A DNA stretch of 64,000 nucleotides from Armatimonadota bacterium. GTDB lineage: Bacteria; Armatimonadota; UBA5829. A program made the translations under genes and the position numbers. Of this stretch, positions 9,734 to 20,945 are shown piece by piece. Position 1 is the stretch's first letter. Each line of letters begins with the position of its first letter. The notes under the pieces are model-generated. The model ran no database searches and had not been told where the DNA came from. It saw only the letters and a program-made list of their open reading frames with translations. The stretch is taken from the NCBI GenBank assembly GCA_012522575.1, contig JAAYKE010000049.1, forward strand, positions 2,445 through 66,444, given 5' to 3'.

Positions 9734-11677
9734 TTATTTCACATTGGATCCGGGGCTTACGTCTGCGTCGGGCTGCAGCAAAACCGCCCCTCCATTTTCA
9801 TCGGTGGCCGCCAGTAGCATGCCATTGGAAACAACGCCGCGAATCTTCGCCGGTTCGAGGTTTGTCAGCAGCACGATTTTGCGTCCGGACAATGTGTCGG
9901 GATCATAGTTCTGTGCGATCCCCGCCACGATCTGTCGCTGCTCGTCGCCAAGGTTCACGGTCAGCTTGAGCAGCTTATCGGCGCCTTCTATGCGCTCAGC
10001 CGTCATTATTTCCGCTATGCGAATGTCGAGCTTGCTGAAGTACTCATAGTTGATCTGATCCTGTGATTTCTCCTCTTTGGGAGCCGGAGGCCGGTCTGCC
10101 ATTTTTGTCCCCTCTTTTCGTTTGCTGCCGAGCCTTGGAAAGATCGGATCAGGGCCTTGAATCGCGGTTCCAACAGCAAAAGGCCTGCTTGTCGCTATAT
10201 CGGACCATCTCAGCGATGCAAAGGTGTCGGCTATGCCGAGTTGGCGGGCTATTTCGCGGGCAGTAGCCGGCATAAACGGGGAGATCATTATCGCCGCCGC
10301 GCGTGCGACCTCAAGGGCCGAGTAAAGCGCCCCTGCCAGCTCGTCGAGTTTGTTTTCCTTTGCCAGATTCCAGGGTTGCGTATCGTTTACGTATTTGTTG
10401 CCGATGCCTATCATCTGCCAGACGGCTTCGAGGGCGCGGGTAAACTCGAACTTGTCGCAGGACTCCTGAGCCGATATAGCGGTCTGCGAAATAACGTCCC
10501 CCAGACCTCCGCCGAAATCTTTAGGATCCGGCAGCAGCCCGTCGAAATATTTGCCGAGCATGCTCAGTGTGCGATTGAGCAAGTTGCCGAGATCGTTGGC
10601 CAGATCAGAATTGAACCGGTTTCTGAATGACTTAATAGAGAAGTCCCCGTCCTGACCCAACGGCACTTCGCGCGCCAGAAAATATCTTACCGCATCCAGA
10701 CATACGCCGCGCGTCGCGCCCGATTCATTTGACAACTCTTCGGCTAGAGCGGCAGGGGATATGGCGTTGCCCTTTGACTTGGATATTTTTTCGCCGTCGA
10801 TTGTCCAGAACCCATGCCCGAAAAGCGCCCTGGGCAGCGGCAGATCGAGCGCCATAAGCATGGCAGGCCAGAAAGTGCAGTGGAATCGAACAAATATGTC
10901 CTTTCCCATAAGCTGCAAATCCGCAGGCCAGATGCTTTTGAATCGTTCGTCGTCGCTGAGGTATCCGGTGGCGCTGATATAGTTGATGAGCGCATCGAAC
11001 CAGACATATATGACCTTGCTTTCATCTTCCGGCACGGGGATCCCCCACCCTTTATTGTCCCGGGTTATGGAGACGTCGCGCAGACCTTGCTTGATGAAGT
11101 TGACAACCTCGTTTTTTCGGAACTCCGGCTGTAAAAAATCCGGGTTGGCGTCAATATGGGCAAGCAGTCTGTCGCCATAAGCCGAAAGTTTGAAATAATA
11201 GTTGGTCTCCTCCACCCACTCTACATCACGTCCGCAGGATGGGCACTTGCGATCTACAAGCTCGGAATCTGCAAGAAAAGTCTCACAGGGCACGCAGTAC
11301 CATCCTTCGTAGTTGCCCTCAAAAATATCTCCCTGTTCGAGCAGCCTTTTGAATATCTCCCTGACTACGGTCACGTGCCTCTGCTCGGTGGTCCTGATGA
11401 AATCGTCATATTCTATATCGAGGCTTGCCCACACCTTTTTGAAGTCCTCGGCAAGCTGATCGACATACTCAGCGACGGCAACGCCTTTGTCGGCGGCGGC
11501 TGCGGCGACCTTGATGGCGTTTTCATCGGTTCCGGTGAGAAAATATGTATCGTCACCTTTGAGCCTGTGGTAACGGGATACAATATCCGCCATTATCGTC
11601 GTGTAGGCGTTTCCGATGTGCGGGACATCGTTGACATAATATATCGGAGTGGTGATGTAGTATGCTTTATTGGTCAT
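9734..11677 (-). CDS. metG: Methionine--tRNA ligase with C-terminal tRNA-binding domain
   Basis: YITTPIYYVN, HIGN, Zn knuckle, YVWFDAL, KISKS; C-terminal OB-fold. Confidence 0.97.
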   Translation of the reverse strand: MTNKAYYITTPIYYVNDVPHIGNAYTTIMADIVSRYHRLKGDDTYFLTGTDENAIKVAAAAADKGVAVAEYVDQLAEDFKKVWASLDIEYDDFIRTTEQRHVTVVREIFKRLLEQGDIFEGNYEGWYCVPCETFLADSELVDRKCPSCGRDVEWVEETNYYFKLSAYGDRLLAHIDANPDFLQPEFRKNEVVNFIKQGLRDVSITRDNKGWGIPVPEDESKVIYVWFDALINYISATGYLSDDERFKSIWPADLQLMGKDIFVRFHCTFWPAMLMALDLPLPRALFGHGFWTIDGEKISKSKGNAISPAALAEELSNESGATRGVCLDAVRYFLAREVPLGQDGDFSIKSFRNRFNSDLANDLGNLLNRTLSMLGKYFDGLLPDPKDFGGGLGDVISQTAISAQESCDKFEFTRALEAVWQMIGIGNKYVNDTQPWNLAKENKLDELAGALYSALEVARAAAIMISPFMPATAREIARQLGIADTFASLRWSDIATSRPFAVGTAIQGPDPIFPRLGSKRKEGTKMADRPPAPKEEKSQDQINYEYFSKLDIRIAEIMTAERIEGADKLLKLTVNLGDEQRQIVAGIAQNYDPDTLSGRKIVLLTNLEPAKIRGVVSNGMLLAATDENGGAVLLQPDADVSPGSNVK

Positions 11678-11806
11678 TTTATCTCTCTGTATATTGAATA
11701 GGGCATTGGATGCCCGATGAGTATCGGCGCCTGATTTGGCTATCGAAGCGGAGTTCGGCACATCGACGGCCGGTTCCTTCGTGATATCGGTGCAGCGATA
11801 TTGTCG

Positions 11807-12034
11807 CTAACATCCGCCGCATGTGGCGCAATTGCCTGACGAGCAACCCGAGCATCGATCCGCCGAACTATCACAACATTCGCTGTCGGCTGTTCGCGAG
11901 GCGAAGGTAGATATCAACCGGTTTATCTTGCTTGAACCGCAGGTCGGGCATTTGGCTTCGTGTATGCGATTGATTCCTATCAACAATTCAAAACGCCCGC
12001 TGCACCTGCTGCATTCGAACTCGTATACAGGCAT
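11807..12034 (-). CDS. FmdB-family zinc-ribbon protein
   Basis: MPVYEFECSRC...CPTCGS and Cys-rich tail. Confidence 0.85.
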   Translation of the reverse strand: MPVYEFECSRCSGRFELLIGINRIHEAKCPTCGSSKINRLISTFASRTADSECCDSSADRCSGCSSGNCATCGGC

Positions 12035-13185
12035 CAGTCCTGATCTCCGTTTGGCCGCAAACGTGATTCGCGTTTATCGTTTGCGCTGTTTCCATTTGTT
12101 TTTTTACGGCGAACCGATCTTCCTGCGCGCTTGCCGCCGTTTCCTGCCTGACCGTTTTGATGTTTGTTGAATCTGCCCTTATTGGCTTTGCGGCCGGAGC
12201 CTTGGTCATGAGAAGTTGTTTCTACAATGTGCACGGCGTCGTCAATATCAGCCGGGGGATCGTCGTCGACTATCACTTCTTCGGCCTCTATTTCCTCTTC
12301 TATCCGGCTGCAATCCTGCCCGTCAAGACAGATCGGATGGCAATGCGAATCAGACATATTGCATCCGATGCCATGCCTGCGGCACATCCCTCTCATATCG
12401 ATGCTGGATGCAGGCAGGTGAAATTGGACGCCTTCCTCCGTTTGCACCGTGATTTCACCGCTCACATAATTTACGTCGATGACCTTGCCGCGTCCCTGTT
12501 CGAGCGGCAGAATAGCTCCGACCAGTGGCATTGACAACTGAGCTTCTTTGTAGAAATCGTGTTCGTATCTGAGGCAGCACATCAGCTTGCCGCAACATCC
12601 GGAGAACTTGGCGGGATTCAAAAACAGGCTCTGGTCCTTGGCCATCTTCATGGAAATAGGATCAAATGAGCTTAGAAACGTCGAGCAGCACAGCGGGCGG
12701 CCGCAGGTGCCGTATCCGCCGATCAGCTTTGCCTCGTCACGTACGCCTATCTGGTGCAGTTGGACTTTGATCCGCAGAGCGCCCGCGACATCTTTTACCA
12801 GCTCTCGAAAGTCAATCCTGCCATCGGCTGAAAAGGAGAACGTAACCTGAGATCCGTCGAATGCGTATTCGGCTTCCAGCAGTTTCATCGGCAGGCCGTG
12901 GTCGGCTATTTTTGTCTGGCATACCTGAAAAGCATGAATCTCGCGCTCTCTGTTTGCGGCTTCACGTTGAAGATCGTCCCCTGAAGCCAGACGAACGATT
13001 CTCTTCAGCGGCGCTACCAGATCGGTCTCGGCCACCTCCCGCGGCTCCAGCACTACCTCGCCAAACTCCATTCCTCGCGCGGTCTCGGCGATTACGAAAT
13101 CACCCTCGTTAAGAGCAAACTCTACTGGATCGAAATAGTAGACCTTACCTACTTTTCTGAAGGAAACGCCAACAACAAGCGGCAT
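12034..13185 (-). CDS. PSP1-domain protein (YaaT/RicT family)
   Basis: GRIDFRELVK, IGVRDEAK, CGRPLCC, SGCCGKLMCCLRYE motifs; typical neighbour of metG. Confidence 0.9.
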   Translation of the reverse strand: MPLVVGVSFRKVGKVYYFDPVEFALNEGDFVIAETARGMEFGEVVLEPREVAETDLVAPLKRIVRLASGDDLQREAANREREIHAFQVCQTKIADHGLPMKLLEAEYAFDGSQVTFSFSADGRIDFRELVKDVAGALRIKVQLHQIGVRDEAKLIGGYGTCGRPLCCSTFLSSFDPISMKMAKDQSLFLNPAKFSGCCGKLMCCLRYEHDFYKEAQLSMPLVGAILPLEQGRGKVIDVNYVSGEITVQTEEGVQFHLPASSIDMRGMCRRHGIGCNMSDSHCHPICLDGQDCSRIEEEIEAEEVIVDDDPPADIDDAVHIVETTSHDQGSGRKANKGRFNKHQNGQAGNGGKRAGRSVRRKKTNGNSANDKRESRLRPNGDQD

Positions 13186-13406
13186 ATATAAAGTCCTTTG
13201 ACCCGGGGTCAGTTCAGTTGGTTCGTGCGCACGACATTCGGACGCACAGCCCATCGGCTACTTCTAATTTTACCACAGCCAAAAAACACCGGCAAATTTT
13301 CTAAAAACTGGTGGAACAAATATGTTTGCTGCGTCGTATATATATTAGCAAACCTTCCCACCCTCTTTTCTCCTCCCCGGTCTTCCAAAGATCGGGGAGC
13401 TTTTTT

Positions 13407-13514
13407 GTAACTGCTCACGAATGATGAGTACACCTGCCGTAGTTTCCGATCTCCATTTCGGACAAGGCTTCGACAGAGGCCAGCCACAATCACTCACGAA
13501 GAGTAAGTTGTTAT
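13407..13514 (+). repeat. Short copy of MITE-like repeat family
   Basis: Ends GTAACTGCTCACGAATGATGAG ... CACTCACGAAGAGTAAGTTGTTAT match the copies at 20946 and 61047. Confidence 0.75.
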
Positions 13515-13637
13515 TTTTTCATCCCTGACAGGCACAAAAGCCGGGCAGGATGGTTGGTCGCAGGGATGCTGAAACGAGACAGGCGAGGTCGATTCGGACC
13601 CCACCTGATTCACAATGGTAACGTCACAGACAAATAA

Positions 13638-15551
13638 TCAGCGAACCTGAGACGCATTCACGCCTACGCTTTCACCGACCAGCGCGCAGGCTTTCGCGTA
13701 ACCGCCGACGTCAAATACCGTCCGATCACCGATCAGACAAGGCGCGGAGTCCATAACCAACTCCTGCCCGTTGACTCTCGCAACCCAGCTGCCTATCCGC
13801 ATCTCAAACACGATATCGCCGACATAGGCCGTGACCGTGCGCGTAGCAGAGTCCCAGAACAACACTCCGCCCATATCTTCGAAGAACGACCTGGCCTTGA
13901 CCTTGCCGGTTACCGGCTTGGCGGGTTTTGTTATACGAGCAGGCGCGCGTTTGGGCGCATCCGGAGGGCTTGCTATGGCCGGGCTTGCCTGCAGATTGCC
14001 CGGCATAGAGTGCAGATTCGGAGCTAATGCTACCTGAACCCTTGCCAGCATTTCCTTTGACAGCCTGGCAGGCTGATCGATTATCACAGGAGCAGCGCAA
14101 ACAGGCGCGCTGAGCGATGCAGGAGAAGTGTCAGCTTGTTTTAGATCGCCGCATATTGACGACGACACCATATTCCCTGCAGAGGACGCCGAAGGGGAAT
14201 CCAGCGTAATCGGAGCTGCCGCTACGGCAGGCTGCACAGCCGGATTTTGCCGGGTTTGTTGCAATAAAGCGGATGGGTTTGCAGAGATTGCCTTGCCCGC
14301 ATCAGCTGTAAGTTTAGCAGGTTCGACCGCCACCTCTGTAGCCGAGGGCTTGCCGGCGACGGGCGCGGCAGCAACCATATTGACCGCATCCAACCGATAA
14401 GTCGGGGATGACGCGGTGGCAGATGCCATTTTCACCGGCTCCTGCGCCAGCACGGGAGCTGCTATTTTAGCGGTAGTTTCCCTGCCTGCGATCTGAGGAG
14501 CGGCCGCAGCCATTCTCAAATCCGGCTTGGGAGTCGGGTTTGCGGATTGCAGGTCGGGTTTAGCCGATACAGGGACGGTTTTGGGAGCCGCCAACGACGC
14601 CTTCGGCATTTCGACAGGCTTGGGAGCCGCCGTCACAGCTTTGGCTACCTGCACGGGTGTAGGTGCGGATGCCACCGCTTTAGGCTGCGGTTTGACCGAT
14701 GCGGCAGGAGGGGCTGTATAGGTTTCTTCGTGATTCCTTGACACACTTCTACCGGCAGACGAAAACGATGATTCGGTTACAGGGTCGAGGCTGGGAACGT
14801 AGTCATCTTCCATGACTTCGTCCGGCAGTTCGCCATCCTGCCGCACAACAGAAAGCGTGGTCACAACCGGCCTTTGCGATCCGTTGCGGAACCTCACATT
14901 GACTACAGCCGGGTCGCTTTTGTTGCCCGCGCCATCGTAAGCGTAAGTGGTGAGGGAGTGATCTCCATCGGGATATGTCGTGGTGTCTAAATCATAGTTA
15001 TATGGCGGCGTGTTTTTGATGAGCTTGAGCACGTCGTCGACAAGCAAACTGACCATCGGAGCTTCGCCGCTATCGTCTGTTGCATGGATTTTAATCGTTG
15101 CAGAGCCGGTCAAAATATCTTCGGAGCTGATATTGACGAAGGTCACCACGGGAGGTCTGGTGTCTATTACTCCCCGGCCCTGACCGTTTCGACCGACAGC
15201 GCCGGTTCCGTAGACTTTTGATATCAATTGATCCCCGGAAAGCACCTTTACTACCAGGTTGTGGGTTCCCTGCGCCTCACGGGTTACATCCCACCAAAAT
15301 GAGCATACGCCTCTGGACTCCGGGTTGCCCAGAATCTTTCGGGAATAAAATTTGCCGTCTACATATAGCTCGAGCGATGTAACCAGAAGCTCAGACTGAG
15401 TATTGTAACCGACAGCCACTTCTACCCTTGCCCCGGATACGATCTGTCCGGGCTGCGGGGATAGCCAGGCAGCCATCGTTCCTTCGGCCGCCGAAACTGC
15501 TGCGGGGGTGAACATGGCCATCACGATAGCCAAAGAAATCCAGCGTCTCAT
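13638..15551 (-). CDS. Exported protein: Ig-like domains, Pro/Ala-rich linker, copper-amine-oxidase-N-like C-terminal domain
   Basis: Signal peptide; 'LDTTTYPDGDHSL...AYDGAGN' Ig-like pattern; low-complexity linker; 'WDSATRTVT...ARVNG' stalk domain. Confidence 0.65.
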   Translation of the reverse strand: MRRWISLAIVMAMFTPAAVSAAEGTMAAWLSPQPGQIVSGARVEVAVGYNTQSELLVTSLELYVDGKFYSRKILGNPESRGVCSFWWDVTREAQGTHNLVVKVLSGDQLISKVYGTGAVGRNGQGRGVIDTRPPVVTFVNISSEDILTGSATIKIHATDDSGEAPMVSLLVDDVLKLIKNTPPYNYDLDTTTYPDGDHSLTTYAYDGAGNKSDPAVVNVRFRNGSQRPVVTTLSVVRQDGELPDEVMEDDYVPSLDPVTESSFSSAGRSVSRNHEETYTAPPAASVKPQPKAVASAPTPVQVAKAVTAAPKPVEMPKASLAAPKTVPVSAKPDLQSANPTPKPDLRMAAAAPQIAGRETTAKIAAPVLAQEPVKMASATASSPTYRLDAVNMVAAAPVAGKPSATEVAVEPAKLTADAGKAISANPSALLQQTRQNPAVQPAVAAAPITLDSPSASSAGNMVSSSICGDLKQADTSPASLSAPVCAAPVIIDQPARLSKEMLARVQVALAPNLHSMPGNLQASPAIASPPDAPKRAPARITKPAKPVTGKVKARSFFEDMGGVLFWDSATRTVTAYVGDIVFEMRIGSWVARVNGQELVMDSAPCLIGDRTVFDVGGYAKACALVGESVGVNASQVR

Positions 15552-15665
15552 CGCTGTCCTCCCATTGGTGCTTTCATCCTGTCAAGAATTACAAAACTGT
15601 ACCACGAGCCATCCCAAAAGTCAACGATAAAGGCGTAATTTTCGGCCTGCCATTGGCGCGCTGCA

Positions 15666-16886
15666 TCAGGGTATCGCTTTTCTGATCTGCTCCGGGCTGA
15701 CCAGACGGGCAGCAATGCCCTGAGCGGAAGCTATTGCCCCGGCAGCACCTGCTGCGGCCCCAATGCCCAGGCATATTGTCATCACTCTGTATGATGCGTG
15801 CGCGTCGTGGCTGCCGCTGATGCATCTGCCTGCGAGCAGCAATCCGTCGATTTCACGCGGGACCAGACACCCATAAGGTATGTCGTACGGGCGGCATTCC
15901 ACCGCAGATCCCTCCGATTGTCCCGGCCCGTCGGGGTTGTGTATATCGATCACGAACAGTGCGTCCTGCACCACTGCATCCGGCCTTTTTCGCCCTTCGA
16001 GCAGATCGCTGCGCGTGAGATATTCGCATCCCAAAAACCGCCTTGTTTCCCGAACTCCTATTACGGCAGGCATCTCGCTGATAAAGCAATCTTTGTATCC
16101 GGGAGCGTGTTTTCTGAGGAACTCGGTCACCTGATATGCCTGTTTGCGGCCCTCTATCTCCGCTTTGGTGAGATCGGCGGCGGAGGTTGGGTCTATATAG
16201 TTGACTTGAGTGGCGTTTACGGTGACTTCGGAGGGTCGCCGGGTTGCGTAGGTGCGAATAACGCCGACGTTTTTCGGCAGTTCGCCATCGCGCATGCCCT
16301 GTTCTACTATCTGTTCCCAACTGCCTTTAGCAAGCATGAGGGCCGCCGCCGCCCCTTCGCTGCCGCACAGCAACGGAGAAGGCCCTACTCCGCCGATTCT
16401 AAACATAATCGAAACCGGCTGGGTGAGTCCATCTTCAGGACGGCCCTGCTCGAATGGGACTCCGGCTGAATGCGCAATGATCCCGTCCCCGGTTGCGTCG
16501 ATCGTAACCGCCGCATATAAATCTAATTGTCCCTGATTCGTATAGCACGTACAACCTGTGACTGTGTCGCCATCCATAATCGCCCGAACTGCATAAGTAT
16601 GTAGAAGTATTTGCACGTTTTCTTGGACAAGCAAATCGGCATAATCGATGTCCAACCTGGCGGGATCGACCTCTCGCCCTCCAAGGTATTGGAGTATATC
16701 GTTTACAAATTGGCTGTTAACCATGCCAAGGAATGGGGAGACCAGGGCATTGGTGGCCATCCCGCCAAGCCGCCCGCTGCGTTCTATAAGAAGCGTATTC
16801 GCACCTGCCCTGCCTGCCGCGAGAGCCGCCGCGAACCCTGCCGGCCCTCCCCCTGCCACAAGAACATCAACTCGACTTTTGTCCAC
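15666..16886 (-). CDS. FAD-dependent oxidoreductase
   Basis: GGGPAG, IDATGDG, GVRETRR, AGRCIS motifs. Confidence 0.85.
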   Translation of the reverse strand: MDKSRVDVLVAGGGPAGFAAALAAGRAGANTLLIERSGRLGGMATNALVSPFLGMVNSQFVNDILQYLGGREVDPARLDIDYADLLVQENVQILLHTYAVRAIMDGDTVTGCTCYTNQGQLDLYAAVTIDATGDGIIAHSAGVPFEQGRPEDGLTQPVSIMFRIGGVGPSPLLCGSEGAAAALMLAKGSWEQIVEQGMRDGELPKNVGVIRTYATRRPSEVTVNATQVNYIDPTSAADLTKAEIEGRKQAYQVTEFLRKHAPGYKDCFISEMPAVIGVRETRRFLGCEYLTRSDLLEGRKRPDAVVQDALFVIDIHNPDGPGQSEGSAVECRPYDIPYGCLVPREIDGLLLAGRCISGSHDAHASYRVMTICLGIGAAAGAAGAIASAQGIAARLVSPEQIRKAIP

Positions 16887-17026
16887 CTTTGCATACCCCG
16901 CTCAGAATATTATCGATTTCACCCCATACGGCCTGTGTAAAATCTTAGCCAGACGGCCGGTACTTCCCTTTGTTTTGCATGCGTTGTAGAATGTAGACCT
17001 ACTAGCCCCAAAAACGGGAGGTATCA

Positions 17027-19474
17027 ATGGCGCTCGATAAATATGGATATTTTTCCGAAGACGGCAGGGAATTCATCATCACTCGTCCGGATACTCCGGC
17101 TCCGTGGGTAAATTATATATCCAATGGCCGATATACCGGGCTTGTCTCCAATACGGGAGGCGGGTTCAGCTACTGGATGGATCCGCGGGATAGCCGAATC
17201 ACCCGGTTCCGCTATAATTCGCTCCCCATAGACCGACCGGGCCGCTACGTATATATAAAGGATGAGGACGGCGAGACGTGGAGCCTGTCCTGGCAGCCTA
17301 CCGGTCATAAACCGGACAGCTATGAATGTCGCATTGGACAGGGATATCAGACGATTAAGCAGCAATATCGCGGCATTGGCAGCGAGATTGCGTATTTTGT
17401 GCCGCTCGGAGATGACCTCGAGATATGGCTCATCAAGCTGCGTAACGAGACCTATGAGCCAAAGCGACTGTCGATTACAAGCTACGTTGAGCTTTGTTTG
17501 GGACACGCGCTGCAGGATCTCATAATGCAGCCAAACGATCAGCATTTCAATCTTGCCAGATTCTCACACGATGATAATGCCATTTTCGCCACCAAAAACT
17601 ACTGGGTAACGAATAGAGGAGTCTCGGTCGCGCAGCCGAATCAGGCGTGGGATAAGTATGTCTTCTTCACATCGGACCTTGCGGCAAACTCATGGGATTG
17701 TCTGAAAGATGCGTTCATCGGGCCTTGGCGAAGCGAGGCTAACCCCGTTGGAATAGAGAAAGACCTGCTGGCGAACACGGATATTACGTCCGGGGACGCC
17801 TGCGCTGCACTGCGTGGTGAGGTTGTGCTTGAGGCCAAACAGGAGGCGGAGTTTGTGGTGCTGATGGGCTGCACCCCCGCTTCTGCTGATAAAGACGGGC
17901 TGGCTATTCCCCCTCCCGGCGCTAGGGAGATGATAGCGAAATATCGTTCTCCGAAAGCGGCGCACGAAGAGCTTGATAAGGTCAAGGCTTACTGGGATGC
18001 ATATCTAGCCTCCGTTCAGGTGCAGACGCCTGATGATGAGATGAACATTATGCTCAACGTCTGGGGCAAACGGCAGAGCTGGGTTACTTTCAACATGAAC
18101 CGCAACGCGGGTTATTATCACGGCGGGTTGTTGTTTGGAGTGGGAATCCGCGATCAATGCCAGGATATGATGGGGCCGATTTTGAGCGTGCCTGATCAGG
18201 TCGAGGATAGACTGCTGGAGGTGCTTTCCAAGCAGTTTGCCGACGGCAGCACCCTGCATAACTATTTCAAGCTTACCGGAGTCGGCGAAAAGACCGGCCA
18301 TTCCGACACGCCGCTGTGGCTTCCGCTGGCTGTGATCAACTATCTTAAGGAGACCGGGGACTGGACTTTCCTTATGAAGATCGTCCCGTTTTATGATGGC
18401 GGGGAATCTGACGTGCTTGATCACGTGATGCGGGCGTGCGATTATGTGCTTTCGCAGTTGACGGAGAATAATTTGCCGAAGTTCGGGCCTGGGGACTGGA
18501 ACGACACGCTCGACTACGTTGGCCGCAAAGGCATAGGAGAGAGCGTGTGGGTGGCGCATTTCCTGTGTTATATTCGGCGGGAGACCGCCGAGATGCTGGA
18601 TAATTTCTGCGAGGGAACTCCGTGTCCGGGCGCTGTCAGAATAAAAGAAGCCGCCGCTCGATATCGGGCGCAGTATGACCTGATAAAAGCCGCCCTCAAC
18701 GATCGATGCTGGGATGGAGAATGGTATATCAGAGGCATTCGAGACGATGGCAAAGTTATCGGATCTGCCAAAAATACGGAAGGGCGTATATTTATGAACG
18801 CCCAAAGCTGGGCAGCGATATCCGGGGTTGCCGACAGCAGACGTGCCAAGATGGCGATGGACTCAGCGGACCGACTGTTGATAACTTCGAGAGGGCCAAA
18901 GATCTTATCCCCAAGTTATACACAGGTTGATTCCGGTGTCGGGCTTGCGACTAGATGTGTGCCGGGCAAGAAAGAAAACGGTGCGATTTTCAATCATGTG
19001 GCGGCCTGGGCGATTTTGGGCAACTGCGTCATCGGGGAAGGCAATCGCGCATATAGCTATTACCGAAAAACTTTGCCAATGGTGCAAGCGACGGACCCTG
19101 ATGTGTATAAGATGGAGCCGTATGTTTATTCAGAATATGTCACCAGCGACGATCATCCGACATTCGGGCAGGCGAGCCATGCCTGGCTTACGGGGTCGGG
19201 AGTGTGGATGTTCCGCGATGGGCTGGATTATATTCTCGGCGTCCGTCCTGCATACGATGGTCTATTGATCGACCCGTGCATTCCCGATTCATGGGATGGA
19301 TATAAAGTCACTCGAAAGTTCCGTGGCGCGACATACCAGATCGAGGTAAAAAACCCGAACCACGTGCAACGGGGAGTTGCCAGTATCACCGTGGACGGCC
19401 AGCCAATCGAAGGCAATGTTATACCCGCGTTTGACAAGGGCAGCCTCGTCAGGGTTGTATGCGTGATAGGATGA
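17027..19474 (+). CDS. GH94 glycoside phosphorylase (cellobiose/chitobiose phosphorylase-like)
   Basis: TPAPWVNY, GIRDQCQD, catalytic GDWND, KENGAIFNH, WLTGSG; GGAGG RBS. Confidence 0.9.
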   Translation: MALDKYGYFSEDGREFIITRPDTPAPWVNYISNGRYTGLVSNTGGGFSYWMDPRDSRITRFRYNSLPIDRPGRYVYIKDEDGETWSLSWQPTGHKPDSYECRIGQGYQTIKQQYRGIGSEIAYFVPLGDDLEIWLIKLRNETYEPKRLSITSYVELCLGHALQDLIMQPNDQHFNLARFSHDDNAIFATKNYWVTNRGVSVAQPNQAWDKYVFFTSDLAANSWDCLKDAFIGPWRSEANPVGIEKDLLANTDITSGDACAALRGEVVLEAKQEAEFVVLMGCTPASADKDGLAIPPPGAREMIAKYRSPKAAHEELDKVKAYWDAYLASVQVQTPDDEMNIMLNVWGKRQSWVTFNMNRNAGYYHGGLLFGVGIRDQCQDMMGPILSVPDQVEDRLLEVLSKQFADGSTLHNYFKLTGVGEKTGHSDTPLWLPLAVINYLKETGDWTFLMKIVPFYDGGESDVLDHVMRACDYVLSQLTENNLPKFGPGDWNDTLDYVGRKGIGESVWVAHFLCYIRRETAEMLDNFCEGTPCPGAVRIKEAAARYRAQYDLIKAALNDRCWDGEWYIRGIRDDGKVIGSAKNTEGRIFMNAQSWAAISGVADSRRAKMAMDSADRLLITSRGPKILSPSYTQVDSGVGLATRCVPGKKENGAIFNHVAAWAILGNCVIGEGNRAYSYYRKTLPMVQATDPDVYKMEPYVYSEYVTSDDHPTFGQASHAWLTGSGVWMFRDGLDYILGVRPAYDGLLIDPCIPDSWDGYKVTRKFRGATYQIEVKNPNHVQRGVASITVDGQPIEGNVIPAFDKGSLVRVVCVIG

Positions 19475-19664
19475 GATTTGCCGTCTGAAGATGTCATATC
19501 GCGGGCTTGTGATATAATGAAGGGGATTGAAGCCGCTGTTTTGTAACCGGCAGCGATTGGAGACCTTTGTAAGCTTGCGGTCGGGCCGGTAACCGTTGCA
19601 TCGAAGGATTTTATGGTGGGTTAAACCACATCACATTTCAGGATAAACAAAAAGGAGTCCAGTT

Positions 19665-20879
19665 ATGTCCAGCAAACCGAAAGTAGCCATATCGAAGGTA
19701 TCGGACATTGACAGTATGCAGGCTGTCGAGTTGGCAGTTCGCGAGGCTGTCGCATTAGCTTGTGATTTCACGGCGTTGTGCAAGGACAAGCATGTCATCC
19801 TCAAACCAAACGTCTATTGCCCAAGTCCCGCCCCTACCACTACCGACCCGCGTGTGATCGCTTCATTGATTCGAGCGGCCAAGGCCGCAGGAGCGCGCAG
19901 GGTAACCGTGGCGGAAGGACGCTCGATTTCGACGGCGCTGTTCCGCAAGAACACCAGCACCACCGAGGCTTGCTTTGAGGCTATCGGAATGAAACAGGCC
20001 GCGCTGGAGAACGGCGCGGACATCGTATATCTGGAAAATGATGAGTTCCTTAACCCGTCCAATCCGGATGCGCTCGTGCTTAAGCACCCAAGCATTCCTC
20101 GCACCATACTCGAGGCAGAGGTGCTTATCAACGTGCCGGTGTTAAAGAATCACAGCTTAACCTTAACAACCTTAGGCATCAAGAACCTGCACGGAACAAT
20201 CTCCGACGCCGACAAGCTCTTCGGCCATGACTATACGCGCATCCCGCAGAAGCTCGTGGACATCCTGCACTACAACAAGCCTGACCTGACGGTCATCGAT
20301 GGCGTTCGAGGACAGGAAGGCGACCACGCAGATATGGGCAAGGTGGTGGATATGGGGATTATCATATCCGGCGCGGATATCGTTGCGGTTGACGCGGTTG
20401 CGGAATCGGCGATCGGATTCGACAACCTTCAGATCGATACTACCCGACTGGCGCACGAGCAGGGCTTCGGAGTTGGCGACATCAACGAAATCGAGGTTGT
20501 GGGGACGCCGGTTGCGGACATCCGCCGTGTCTTTGAGAAGCCTGACATCGAGATCACCGAGGAGCGATTCCCCGGCATCAAGATCTGTGCCGGCGACTAT
20601 TGCAAGGGCTGTGAGTATTACGTTCGACGCGGCATCGACAGGCTTGTCGATCTGGATGCGCTCGATCCCAATGATCCGGTGACCCTGGTATATGGCAAGG
20701 ACCCAAGCGTCGATCCCAACACCGAGGGCAAAGTGATTCTGCTAGGCGACTGCGCAATGGAGAGCCAATCGGTGAAGCGACTGAGAGATAAACTGTGGCT
20801 TACCGGTCGACTCAAAACCGTCTATTGCTGCCCTCCGATGGAGTTCCGAATGAGAGCCCTGGAGCTTGCCGGGGATTAA
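19665..20879 (+). CDS. DUF362 domain protein with Cys-containing C-terminal extension
   Basis: LKPN, TTDP, NVPVLKNH, LGIKNL, DIVAVD motifs; CKGC, GDC, CCPP at C-terminus. Confidence 0.8.
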   Translation: MSSKPKVAISKVSDIDSMQAVELAVREAVALACDFTALCKDKHVILKPNVYCPSPAPTTTDPRVIASLIRAAKAAGARRVTVAEGRSISTALFRKNTSTTEACFEAIGMKQAALENGADIVYLENDEFLNPSNPDALVLKHPSIPRTILEAEVLINVPVLKNHSLTLTTLGIKNLHGTISDADKLFGHDYTRIPQKLVDILHYNKPDLTVIDGVRGQEGDHADMGKVVDMGIIISGADIVAVDAVAESAIGFDNLQIDTTRLAHEQGFGVGDINEIEVVGTPVADIRRVFEKPDIEITEERFPGIKICAGDYCKGCEYYVRRGIDRLVDLDALDPNDPVTLVYGKDPSVDPNTEGKVILLGDCAMESQSVKRLRDKLWLTGRLKTVYCCPPMEFRMRALELAGD

Positions 20880-20945
20880 GCGATCGAGTTTCAGTTTGGC
20901 ATATATCTTTGCAGTCCCGGTTTTTGTTGAGCCGGGGCTGCTTTG

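Noticed and set aside
13209..13493. Small ORFs in the PSP1 upstream region and within repeat copies (34417-34924, 60863-61268)
   Set aside because: Derived from promoter or repeat sequence, with no RBS or coding signature
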